From Entomortierella parvispora E1425 (taxonomy: Eukaryota > Fungi > Mortierellomycota), in NCBI GenBank assembly GCA_020891255.1, contig BQFW01000012.1:1674001-1738000 (forward strand): DNA of 64,000 nt, given 5' to 3'. A program made the position numbers and the translations under genes. Below, piece by piece: positions 12,325-23,877 of the stretch. The notes under the pieces were generated by a model. That model searched no databases. It had not been told where the DNA came from and saw only the letters and a list, made by a program, of their open reading frames with translations. Position 1 is the first letter of the stretch; each line of letters begins with the position of its first letter.

Positions 12325-14205
12325 ATGCCGAAAGTCCAGGTTGGGCATCAAATTCATGGATGCATTAGCAGGAGCAGTGAATGTCACCAAACTAATGACT
12401 GGAAGATTAACACCATTGCTCTCTTATGATTGCTAGGCTTCAAAACTGTCGCCTCATGCGACCGAGGCGATGATCAGGACACTGTTCGAGCACATTGGAC
12501 ATTTGGAGAACCTGGTCCTCATCCCCAGGTAAAGCTCCATGCCATCGCTTTCAGGATTTTACCGATTGTGATGCTGTCTCCCCTTATAGTGTTTCTAATC
12601 CTATTGACGGTCTCTTTCTCTAGTCCACTAGGCGCAGGATACGAAGCAATAGTCGAGTTCAGTGACGCAGACTCAGCCTCCACAGCAACGCATTTGACTG
12701 GAACACTTTTTGCTGGAAGGCCATTGTCAGTCACTCTCATGGATGTCACCGTGCTTGCCTCGCCCGCAGGAGCATCAGTGCCACGTCCCTTTACCAACCT
12801 GACGATGCAACAACAGCAACAACAGGGGCCAGTTCCCCCCCTCGGCAGTAATATGATCCGTATGGGAGCAACGATCAACCATCCACAGTTCAGCGGCATG
12901 GGAATGGGCTTGAATATGACAATGGGCAATCAGTTCGCTCCAATGTATCCAAGCCCACACATGACTCTTTATAATCCAAATGTCATGCCTCCACAATTTC
13001 ATCAAGCAAGGACTATGGATCAACCCGTAGATTTGGACAAGGTCGAGTCAAAGCGCGTCTATGTCGGAAACCTACCACTTAATGTCACAAAGGAGCAATT
13101 AGAGGAAGTTTTCCAGGATTGTGGAAAGATCACCAGCGTCAACATTGCAGGAAAGCCTACACACCCCACGCGTTTCGCCTTTATGGAGTTTGAAACCTTG
13201 GAAGCAACCAAGAAGGCACTTTCGAGCACAAATAAGATGATCGGAGACCGCACATTAAGGTATGTTGTCGAAAGCCTACATCAAATGTGCATCTGAAGAG
13301 GAGAGGCTTGAAAGTATCTGCTCAACTAAAACAATCCGCCAACTCGTGACTATAGAATCAATGTTACAAGGAACCATGGACCTCTGCCCTTCATGTTGCA
13401 ACAAGCGCAGATGATGCAAGCGCCTCTCCAAACACCACCGGTTCCCGCAATGGATGCAGCGCGCACTAGACAAAAGAATATTTTGATTGGTTTGATCAAC
13501 CGTGGTGGAGCTGATCCCTCACTGTCCAAGATGTTGGAGGAACTGGAAGCCGGAGGTCCAATCCAGGACTTGAGCAGCATTACAGGACTGTCGCCCTCAA
13601 TGGCTTCTCTCAGTACAGAAACATCATCACCGAAAGCAGATGGAGCCGCCCAACCAATGACGACGGCGACTTTGCTCGAGAAGTTGGTTGCTTCGTCAAG
13701 GAGAATGTCTCGTTCGCGAAGCAGAACTAGAAAAAGAAGTCGATCGAGGTCTACAGACAGGGATTATTATAGGAGCAGTCGTAGGAGACGTTCGCCCTCA
13801 CGATCACGCTCTCGGTCTAGATACTCGCGTAGCTCTAGGTACGAAGCATCCGAATATGGACGCTATGGCCACCCCGATCGCGAAAGAGAGAGAGACCGAC
13901 ATCGGGAACGAGAGCCGAGCCGGAGTGGTAGAAGTCGAGGATATGAGGAATCAGGTCGGGAACGAGGAAGAGACAGGGATAGGGAAAGAGAACGAGATAG
14001 GCCCAAGGACCGCGAGAGAGAGCGAGATCGCGATAGAGATAGACACCGCGACAGCGACCGTTCACGGAAAGAAAGAGGACACGATCGTGACCATGGTAGA
14101 TCAAGGCCCGAGAGCGACGACAAAAAAGAATCTGGGGCCGATGTCTCCATGAAGAGCCCCGCACCGGACGGTCGGTCCTCTGTCAATGGAGACTCGATCA
14201 AGTAA
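12325..14205 (+). CDS. SR-related splicing factor with two RRMs and an RS/RD domain (SRSF11/SREK1-like); exons 12325-12339, 12437-12528, 12624-13259, 13356-14205
   Basis: Spliced RRM1 MPKVQASKLSPHATEAMIRTLFEHIGHLENLVLIP...AIVEFSDADSASTATHLTGTLFAGRPLSV. RRM2 RVYVGNLPLNVTKEQLEEVFQDCGKI...RFAFMEF. C-terminal RSRS and RDRERERD tracts. Confidence 0.85.
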
Positions 14206-14942
14206 TCGTAAGTCTGTGCGTCTTCCTAAAATAAACAAGACTCTGACACACTGATGTTGGTCCGCTCTTTTTCTTTTTTTTTCCATCTTGGCCTCCCTCA
14301 GCCAAAAGATCAACTGTAGTCAGGTCTAGGACTGGCACAACCAGGGGCTGACTTGCTTCCGTTACAGGCACCTTCTCTGCCTCTTCAGAATTCGCAGACG
14401 AAAAAGTTCACTTTGGGCTAATTAACGCTGACAATTTTTTCAGTGCGATAAACATGGGACTAATATCATTGCACGTTGTTTGCGCCTTGAGCACAATAGC
14501 CTCATGGGGTGGAACGTTGGAACGCGACGTCGGGTGGACCGAGAGCGGCCAACAACCAATGGGAGTCAAGTCCATCCGGCAGCTGTGCAGGCGATCATCG
14601 CTTCGACCGGCCAGAAGAGCCACATAACCTGCTTTTCCAGCGAACGGTTCAGGAGGACTTCATTTGAGTTTCCTGCTCCACAGAGCTCTCTCCCACATGT
14701 ACATTACAGGTTCTCGTCCGTCCGAGCGAGCCGAGAGAGTGGGCAGCTCGGCCGGCGTGCGTATGCGGAGGGGCCACCAATTGGGACCTGGTCCATACGC
14801 CCGCCTGCCGAAGGGCTTTCTGAAACCTCATAAATACTCAGGGCAGGCCCTCGTCTCTCTCCGACCTGACTGCTTGACTCTCGACTCTCGACTCTCGTTA
14901 CCCCCACAACTTTTTCCTTCTTCCATCACCCCATCGAACCCC

Positions 14943-16958
14943 ATGGGACTCACAAAGACATACAAGGACGGCTCCACGCCTGTCGTCGCTGTCATTGGTG
15001 CAGGGTGAGTTTCGAATGTACTCGAATCCCCTCATTCATTCATTCGTTCTTCATCAACGGTGGCATCTCCTTGTTCTCTACCTGTCACTAACCACGTCCA
15101 ACCAACCTTGGACTTTGGGTCGCCCACTATAGATTCTCTGGCCTCTGCGCCGCGATCCGCCTCCAGACTCAGCTCAACCTGTCGACATACCAGGTCTTTG
15201 AGCTTGAGCCTGATCTGGGTGGAACGTGGTGGTCCAACACATACCCCGGTAGGCTAAGAGACGCTCGTTTCTCAGTCCCACTGCTTCGTAAACTGACATA
15301 TCACATGTCTGCTTTTCTCTCTTTCTTGAACTCGTGCGATTTTAGGAGCCGCTTGCGATGTTGCTTCGATTAACTGTAAGATTGCTCTCCTGGATCCTCG
15401 TTGGGGCTTTCATTCCCCTCTCCTCCTGATATTTCGACAGTAATATAACCGTTTTTTTTCGTTCCGCCTTGTAGATCAATTCTCTTTCGAGCCCAACTTT
15501 GACTGGAGCCATCGCTATGCCCCCCAACCCGAGATTTGGGCCTACATGCGAAAGGTGGCCAAGAAGTACAACCTCTATGAGAAGATCTTGTTCAGGACCG
15601 AAGTCACTCATGTTGAATGGAACGAAGATCGCCAAAAGTGGATCTTGAACTACATGAACTTGGCCACCGGCGAGCAGAGCGTCATGGAGGCCGACATCGT
15701 CTTTTCTGGAACTGGACCCCTTCGTATCCCACAGATCCCCAAGCAATTTGAGGCTTTCGAGGGACCCAAGTGGCACACTGCCCAGTGGAACCATTCCTAT
15801 GATCTCACAAACAAGCGCGTGGCCATTGTTGGAAGCGGTGCCAGGTAACGAACCGGAAGAGACATTGGATCTTTCTTTTGTTTCTCTTGGGTCAATTGCA
15901 AAGTCTGATCACTGTCTTTTTATTCTTCGCAATAGTGCTATTCAGGTTGTTCCTTCTATTGTGGACAAGGTCGGCACCATGGAATTTTACCAGCGCACAC
16001 CCACCTACATTATCCCTCGCCGGAATGGAGCCTACAACGCCATTTGGAGATTTATGTTCCGTTATGTCCCCTTCTTCCACTTTATTGCCTTCAAGTTGAA
16101 CTACTGGAGCTCCGAATTCACGATCAACATTTTCAGCAACAAGTGGATTCACAAGATTCCCAGGACGATGGCAACCATGATGGCGTTTTTGTACAGATTC
16201 CGTCAAGTTCGGAACAAAGCTCTCCGTGAAAAGTTGACTCCCAAATACGAGATGGGCTGCCGTCGTATCGTCGTCTCTTCAGAATACTTCCCTGCCTTGT
16301 CAAAGAAGAATGTCAACGTCCACACACAGGCGATCACCAGCGTCAAGGGCAACACTTTGACTCTGCAGGATGGCTCCGTCCAGGAGGTCGATGCCTTGAT
16401 TCTCGCCACCGGATTCCAGGTTCAGGAGATGGTCCCACCCAAGTTCATTATTGGCAAGGGTGGCGTTGATCTGCGCGACAAATGGGGTCACAACCCTTCC
16501 ATGTTCTATGGAATCACAGCACCCGAGACTCCCAATTTGTTTTTCTTGCTCGGACCTTACACTGGACTTGGTAATGAAGATCGTGTTGGAAATCACCTTT
16601 GTGTTGCCCCCCAACAGTACACTAATACTCTTTTCTGTCTCTCGGTTTTGACATCAAATTAGGTCACAACTCTGTTTTGTTCATGATCGAGACCCAAGTC
16701 GACTATGCTATTCAGGCCATCTCACACATGATGGCCAACAACCTCTCCACGATCCAGGTCAAGCAAAAGCCTTGCGATGACTTTATCCAGGATCTTGATA
16801 CTAGGATGAAGGATAAGGTCTGGTCCTCCTCGTGCAAGAGTTGGTACCAGAACGAAGAGGGCCGTGTCACTGCTCTGTGGTGGGGATCCGTTTCCCAGTA
16901 CTGGTGGCGCCTTCGTAACTTCCACGCGGACAACTTCATTGCCACCAAGAGAATCTAA
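14943..16958 (+). CDS. Flavin-binding monooxygenase, type I Baeyer-Villiger family; exons 14943-15004, 15133-15248, 15346-15375, 15475-15844, 15936-16570, 16663-16958
   Basis: FAD motif VAVIGAGFSG, GGTWWSNTYPGAACDV, BVMO fingerprint FEGPKWHTAQW (FxGxxxHxxxW), NADPH motif VAIVGSGASAIQ, LILATGF. Five canonical introns keep the frame. Confidence 0.92.
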
Positions 16959-17549
16959 TCCTACATTCATTCATACCCCCCCCCACAAAAAAAGAACTAG
17001 AACTTAAAACTGGACATGACGAAACAAATAGAACGCAATGCCTTTTCATCGTGCTTCATTCAAAGCTTCACACCTTTCTGTATTCTGGGCAATTGTGTTT
17101 GTTTTGTTGGAGCAAGGCATCAAGGGAATGTAATCAGCCTCAAACTATCTCAGAGATCCGAGGATTCTGATACAGCAATGGCTTGAGGAGGTAGTATCTT
17201 TCCTGTCAGCAATTGTCCGCAGGGGCATTTTTTTTTTTTTTTTGCTGGGAAAAGATCTCTCTGTGCGAAGATTCATATCATACGAGTTTTTGTCACAGAA
17301 CAACGGAACCCAAAGCAGATGCCTGTTGAATCCGTGGCTCTCGTCAAGATTCAAATTGTCCCCAAGGTGTAGGCCCTTCTGCAATGAACCTCCCTGGAAA
17401 GGCAATCTCTATGAGAATGCCAGGGTCGGTGGATACAGAAGAAAGAATCAAAAAGGAAGGTTCCACCACGGTCAGTAAAACTCTCAACAGTAACCAGGGT
17501 CGTCAGACAGGTGAAAGAAGTGATGCCGGTACAAAAAGAGATCTCCTGG

Positions 17550-17591
17550 ACCGGGGCCCAGGTGGCAAAAGATAGTCTTTAATGATTTACG
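17550..17591 (-). repeat. Diverged third copy of the tRNA-Arg 3' trailer plus the last 9 nt of the tRNA (truncated tRNA remnant)
   Basis: ACCGGGGCCCAGGTGGCAAAAGATAGTCTTTAATGATTTACG aligns to 17939-17982 with 4 mismatches and 2 single-base gaps. It ends inside the tRNA acceptor stem, directly abutting repeat copy 2. Confidence 0.8.
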
Positions 17592-17807
17592 TTTTCCATG
17601 GTCGAGAAGTTTGGTCATATTTCCAGTAGTGGCGAGAGCAGCCATAGCAGCCACAGCAGCTGTAGTTCTTCGACTGAATCCGATAGTCGGGCCACCCCTC
17701 AGGAAGAAAGAGCCTACAGGATGATGGCCGTGACTCGACTCAATCCAACTTTGACAGCGTATGAACCTGCAGAGTCTTCGGCTCGACAGCTGGTCAACCA
17801 TCTTTGA
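17592..17807 (+). pseudogene. Promoterless duplicated fragment of the last ~75 codons of the F-box/RCC1 gene
   Basis: MVEKFGHISSSGESSHSSHSSCSSSTESDSRATPQEERAYRMMAVTRLNPTLTAYEPAESSARQLVNHL* is nearly identical to the C-terminus of 3132-6402 but ends early and lacks the F-box and RCC1 repeats. Confidence 0.85.
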
Positions 17808-17973
17808 CCTGCCCTTCATAAAGTCACTGCGATCCCCCTAATAAACGGACCGCCTAATAAAATCTTGCTCTGCTCCCTCTGACCAAAGAAAAAAAAAAAA
17901 AAAAGATGAGGTCTACAGACAGCTTTCCGGATCTCAGAACCGGGGCGCCGGGTGGCAAAAAGAGAGTCCTTAA

Positions 17974-18045
17974 TGATCTACGCAGGGGTCGAACCTGCAA
18001 TCTCCTGATTCGTAGTCAGACGCCTTTCCATTGGGCCAGCAGACC
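17974..18045 (-). tRNA. tRNA-Arg(ACG), copy 2
   Basis: 72/72 identical to 6551-6622, with the T5 terminator retained. Confidence 0.97.
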
Positions 18046-18220
18046 GTTCTCTCGAACAACCGAATGGTTGTTGTTGTTGTTTTTCTTTTTTTTCTGGTGG
18101 TCTATATACCTGTGACTGTTCACAGCTTCAAGGCTCTTAAGGGTATGAAACGCCACCAATTTACGCCTTTACGCCACCAATTTGCATCGAGTGAAGCAAA
18201 AAAAAAAAGTGAAGCGTGAA

Positions 18221-18394
18221 ATGGCACCATGGAGTTGCATCGGCCCTCTTCCACCCTCAGCCCGCAACTTTAACGCCGTCACGGTCTTTGTCGACAGGCT
18301 CACCAAGCTCGAACACTTTGTCCCCAGCACCACTTCCACCACAGCTGTCGATGTCGCTCACCAGTTCGTCGACAATATCGTCAAGTTGCATGGG
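18221..18394 (+). mobile_element. Ty3/Gypsy LTR-retrotransposon integrase fragment
   Basis: PWSCIGPLPPSARNFNAVTVFVDRLTKLEHFVPSTTSTTAVDVAHQFVDNIVKLHG matches the Gypsy integrase core pattern (LPxS...VxVDRLTKxxHFxP...TAxxxAxxFxxxIVxLHG). No LTR, RT or RNase H seen nearby. Confidence 0.8.
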
Positions 18395-20500
18395 AAGTTG
18401 CAGTGCCAACGACCCCAACGACCTAGCGAGGCAGTAAACACGCACGATGAATCGAGGATGGTTGATGACATTCCTGCGCCTTGTACAATGCAGCTTATTT
18501 AACTCGAAATAGCACTAACTTGGGTATAAGTGTGTGCGTTACTGCATTCTGCCTTTGGCCATGGGTCTATCGTCAAGTGGAGGGTTCTCCAGCATCTCGA
18601 ACACTTGCGCTGTGTCTATCTCTCTCCTTGAGATTCGAACTAAAGGTTACAATCGCAGGATGGGTTGTTGCTCTTCTCGCTGTGACCCCCAAGGTTACCT
18701 CAACTGGCACTTCCTATTCTGCAGTGAGATCGGCACAGTCAAGGGCTAGGTTGAATACGGTTCCTTTTGGCCCTGGAGAAAGATGAAAAAACTCTGGTGG
18801 GTAACTCCATAAACGTGCCCAGTAGGTTCCTGGAGTTGTGTGAAATACGCACAAGCATCATTGGCAGGGCGGAGATTTTTTTTTTTTTTTTTTTTTTTGG
18901 ACAAAGGGCGACAAATTTTTTTTAGGTCGGGTCCTTTGTCGCACAAATGAAACGAAGGAAAAAAGACGCCATCGCGACGCGGGATGTTCTGATCGAACCG
19001 CGTTAAACTCATGCAAATACACAGTAAGAGGGGTCACCTCCAAGCCATTGAATTGAACGGCAATCTCGTATAGAGTAGAATGTGAAAAAAGTCATGCCTC
19101 GCTTTTTGACTTTCCACTCGGAATCGGGTTCCTTGTTTTCTTTTTTATTTATTTTTGTGATGGGCATGGAAACCGGGGAGGTAAGGCCTGACCTGGCCAT
19201 GAAACTAAGAGACCACGCGTCCTGGGCAATGGCCCAGTGTTTGTGTGCCATATGAGAGGGCGTTTCTTGGCAAGTTGAACACTCTACTCCTCCCTCCCTC
19301 CTCAACGCCGAGCATTTGGCATTGGAGAGGTCAGTAAACTCGGAGGTCATTCCATGAGCCATCTGCAAGAGACGACAAATTATAGAGTAGGATCAAGCTG
19401 ATCCCCCTGCTCAGCTATGTTCACCCTCTTTCCTTTCCTTTTGCCCGCCCCACGCCCAGCCTTCGGATATTAAAAACACTTCAGAAGACTCGCCTCGAAT
19501 GGCGACAGCAATTGAAGCTCACCAAATACCAAAGGAGAACGTAGTACGAAAGGCCGAAGACCATTCGCGCGAGGACTGACGCCATATGTTGTCTGTTCAT
19601 GAAATATTCTCGGGTATCAATGACTGCGGTACCGAGCACGAGCTGTTGCAGGTGTTCAGGGAGAGATGGAGTTGAGGACAGTCCAGATAGTCGAAAAAAA
19701 ACTGAAAGGCCTCCACGTTCAACTGCAGCAAGGGCGAGCCCTATGGGAAAAGACGCTGCATCTGTTGCTGTCTATTGGTTGAACGCAAGGCAGGGCAACG
19801 CACAAAACAACTCTCCGAAAGAGGGAACTGGGTGCATGAGGACGGCGAGGCAAAGGAGTGCCTATTCGACTCTTGGTCAACTTGTGGTTAAGAGGCAAAC
19901 CATCAAATCGACAAACAGACAAACAAACAAAACTAAATCCGAGAAAAACGGCGCGTCGTGCCGGGCGATCAAGTCTTCTTTTCTGGGCAATTGAACAACA
20001 ACATCAGTGGAGACCAACCCCCCGTTAGCCTTCGAACCTTGTGTCTGAGTGAGCAAGACAGAGCTGACAGGGCGACGAAGTCCAGCAAAGGTGTCGTACA
20101 TTGCAAATGCGCAATACTCTAAGACAAATTCACCATTTCTGATGTTGCAGCCTTCCACATTTGGTTCGTTTGCTCTTCTGAGTTCCTTCTTCTTGCCCCG
20201 AAGGGAGGACGGCAGATCGATCCTGCAGTTTAATTCCTTAGAATGAGATACTGACGCTATTCAATTGTAGATCAATTATCAAAGGACACCAGAGCAGCGG
20301 CCATGGCTGATCGGGCCCAATTCACTATGACCCAGTAGAGCAGAGGCCCTCGGTGAGGTGCTTGTTGCTTGTTCCTGGCCCAGCTCGTTAAAAGTCAGCG
20401 TCCACTCTACGTGCTTCGAAATGACAAATCCACCTTGGTGTACAGTACAAGTGCATTGAGCATCCATCCTGACAAACACAACCTGCCCTGAGTGAATACA

Positions 20501-20507
20501 TATAAAA
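20501..20507 (+). promoter_or_regulatory. Candidate TATA box upstream of the OPT gene
   Basis: TATAAAA ~240 bp before the ATG at 20739, followed by a pyrimidine-rich leader. Confidence 0.35.
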
Positions 20508-20738
20508 GGCGTCTCCTACATGCGCCCTCCAGTGCTTGTTTGTTGCTCGTCTCTTGCCATCCCATCGACCGCCCTTTTACTGCTCCGGCCGTTCGTCCTC
20601 CTCCCCTTTTCGTCTTTCCCCCTTGCAGTTAACGGCACCAAGAGCTGGTCTTGTCCATACTGTTGTTATCTCTTTATTTCCTCTTCGCCTCTTCATTTCA
20701 CATCTTTTTCCTATTCTCAGTATCAACACGACTCCACC

Positions 20739-23393
20739 ATGACCTCAGAGAAATACTCCAACGACGGCAGCACTGAAGAAGGCAAAGTCCATGTCGAGGA
20801 CCCAGTCGCCCCCGTCCCTCACTACCCTGGCGATTCCAAGAACGACATCAAGGATGAACTCAAGGGCCTTGAGGCCGACGCTGGTTCTCTGGACGAGGAA
20901 GAACTCGAAGAGTCTATTCGCCTTGTCCCCAAGATTGTCCGTGAGCTTGTCTCCATGGACGATGATCCCACTCTCCCCACTGTCACTTTCCGGTAAGCCC
21001 CTCCTTTGACCGTGTGAACTCTGGGTACTCCTGTTTTCGGTTGATCTTCTATCCCCGGCTCTGTTTTTGTGTTTACCGCGCGTTTTTTTTCTCATCCCTG
21101 AGTTTTTTTTATAATCTCGCTTCTCAAACAGCTACTTTGTCCTGAGCACCTTTTTCGTTGCCCTTGGAGCCGTTATCAGTCAGATTTCCTGGTTCAGGAC
21201 GACCTCGGCCTCGTATTCCATGTTCTTTGTCCAAATTGTGTCGTACTGGCTTGGTAACCTCATGGCTCGCACATTACCCTCCAAGGACGTGAACCTGTAC
21301 TTTATCAAGTTCAACCTGAACCCTGCCCCGTTCTCGATCAAGGAGCACGTCCTCATTACCCTTGCGTAAGTCAAGTGGGTTTCCCTCCAATGAGTCTCTT
21401 TGATCTCGTTTGTCCTTCGATTTTTAGTATGTTTAAAAGTCTCAGTTTCTAATGCAGATGGATTCTCTTTCGTTTTTCGGATGCCACAGGGCCAGCGCAG
21501 GAGCCACTTCCAACTTGGGCGAGATCATTGTCTCGGTTAAGGATATCTTCTATAACCAGCGCATGAACCCCATCGCCGCCATTTTCCTTATGTGGGTATG
21601 TACTAATCGATCGACTTGACTTCTCTTATCGATTTTGGCGGGAATCGTTTGAGATATTGACTGGTCCTTTTCATTTTTTTTCTCTCTTTCTTTCACAGTC
21701 TACTATTTGGATGGGATACTCGTTCGCTGCCATTGGTCGCAGTTTCTTGCTTTACGATCCTGATCTGATCTGGCCCTCGGCCTTGATGCAGACTGCCCTC
21801 TTCAGAACTCTTCGCGGCGAGGGTCAATCTCTGGATATTTCCAGAAAGCAAATCAGGGTCTTCTGGGCCGTCTTGATCGGTGTCTTCTTCTGGTCATTCT
21901 TGCCCGAGTACGCCTTCCCCTTCACCTCATCCCTGGCCGTCCTGTGCTGGTTTGCCCCTAGAAACGACACTGTCAAGTTTATCAGCAGTGGTTTCGGAGG
22001 CATGGGTTTTATGAATTTCACTCTAGACTGGTCTAATGTCACCTCGAGCATTATGGTCTCGCCCTGGTGGACACAGGTCATTGGCTTTACCGCTTTCGTC
22101 CTTTCAGTCTGGGTCTTGGTTCCTATCGCGCATTTCACTGGTATCTGGAACGGCAAAGCTTTCCCCATCATGTCGAACCGTCTCTTCCTTGCCAACGGCA
22201 CCCGATACCCCTTCCTGGAATTGACGGACAAGAGTGGACACTTGGACGAGACCAAGTTCGAGGAACTCGGAAATGTTTACATGTCGACCTACAACCTTTG
22301 GGGCATCTTCTTTGGTTACGCCACCTTCCTCTCGGCCTTTGTTCAAATCTTCCTGTTCGGTCGCCAGAAGATCTGGTCAACTTTGCAGCACTTGAGACAG
22401 AAGAAGCAGCACTCGTTCAAGGACCGTCTGAATGTCTTGATGTCTGAGTATGAGGAGGTGCCATTGTGGTGGTACGTTCTCCTGTTCGTGGCTTGCTTTG
22501 TGACGATGATCGTCTTGATCTTCACTCAAGATCTGTACCTGCCCTGGTGGACCTATGTCATCGGTGTTCTCTTGGGTGCCATGACTGTCGTGCCTATGGG
22601 ATTCATCTACGCCGTCAGTGCTTACCAAGTCAGTACCGGTACCTGGAACGAGCTTATTTACGGATACATGGCTCCCGGAACTCACCCCGTCGGATCCCTC
22701 GTCTACCGTGTGGTCGCTGGTCAATGCTGGTACCGTGCCCAGAGTATTCTCCAGGATCAAAAGATTGGTCATTACATGAAGGTCAGCCCCCGTGCCACCT
22801 TCCTCTCTCAGATCTGGGGCAACATTATTGGAGTCCCAATCAACTACGCTGTTATTCGTTGGGTCATTGATACCAAGCGCCCCTATCTCGATGGTAGCAA
22901 AGTCGATCCCCTCGGTCAATGGTCAGGTCAAGCTCCTCAGAGTTACTTGAACCAGGGTATCCAGTACGGTCTTATCGGTCCCACTCGTCTCTTCCAGGAT
23001 GCCATCTACGGCCCTCTTCGTTGGGGATTCTTGCTGGGCGTGGTGGCACCTGTTGTGATGTACCTGCTTCACAAGCGTTTCCCCAAGGCAAAGTTCAACT
23101 TGTGGCACAGCACCATCTTCTTCTCCAACATGGAGAACTTTTACGGAAATGTGTCGACGGGCCCTCTTTCGTCCTTTATCGGAGGCTTCTTTTGCATGTA
23201 CTACTTCTTCCGTTACAAGCACAGTACCTGGGTCAAGTACAACTACTTGATTGGTGCTGCTGCCGATACAGGATTATCCCTGGCCATCTTGGGCATTTTT
23301 ATCTTTTTTGGAAGTGCAAAGATTATTGTCATGCCATCATGGTGGGGCAATGACCCAGTCTCGGTCGAGAAGTGCTATGGCTCAGGAAACTAG
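20739..23393 (+). CDS. OPT-family oligopeptide/glutathione transporter; exons 20739-20992, 21132-21365, 21490-21595, 21699-23393
   Basis: Spliced motifs DDDPTLPTVTFRYF, NPAPFSIKEHVLIT, LIWPSALMQTALFRTL, LMSEYEEVPLWWY, DQKIGHYMKVSPRATF and KYNYLIGAAADTG. Confidence 0.93.
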
Positions 23394-23877
23394 ATACCCC
23401 TCCCTCCCTCCACCTCTCCTGCCCATTCCCATCTCTCATATTATTCCAACCATTAGCCAGCCAGCCATCCATTACATAGCTTTTGTAAAATAATAATTAC
23501 TAGCAATCCCACTTTTTCTTTCAAAAAAAGGATGATCTCTGTTGAAAATGAAACGCTGAAGCGAGGAGGTTCGAAATCGCGTCACTGAGAGGTAGACGAC
23601 GCTGAAAAGCTGACCAAAATTAGGTGAGTTCATATCACTCCTTCTTTAAAGTAAACAAAGAGATCCCGAGAAAAAGAGAGAGAGAGAGAAAAGCTCCAGA
23701 TCTCCTAAAGCGCAGCCTGGCCTGACATGGGTTGAGTTGAGAAAGTGTTATTTGTATTTCTAAGAAAAAAATGATCTAATGTTGTCGACTCGCAAGTGGT
23801 GCTGTCAACTTTCTGTGCATAGGCTTCGTCGTGTTGCCTACGCCCCTACTGTTTCAATTGTAGCCCTGTCTGGTTGT

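Larger units (their letters stand above)
17592..18190 (+). repeat. Direct repeat copy 2 of 6172-6750
   Basis: Same order of CDS tail, double AATAAA, A-tract, trailer, tRNA and flank. Contains an extra 21-bp tandem duplication at 18150-18183. Confidence 0.95.

Noticed and set aside
6751-17591. The 11.4-kb repeat-flanked segment as a cargo-carrying mobile element (Starship or genomic island)
   Set aside because: No transposase or tyrosine recombinase is visible, the repeats include a host gene tail, and the enclosed genes include an intron-rich core splicing factor.
18876-18898. T23 tract as the tail of a minus-strand retro-insertion
   Set aside because: No target-site duplication or adjacent element ORF; long A/T tracts are common throughout this window.
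19000-20480. Possible degraded minus-strand gene upstream of the OPT gene
   Set aside because: Fragments are interrupted by stops in all frames and match no family I recognise.
23568-23575. GGTTCGAA B-box-like motif (also at 60539-60547)
   Set aside because: No T-stem, A box or acceptor stem around either site.
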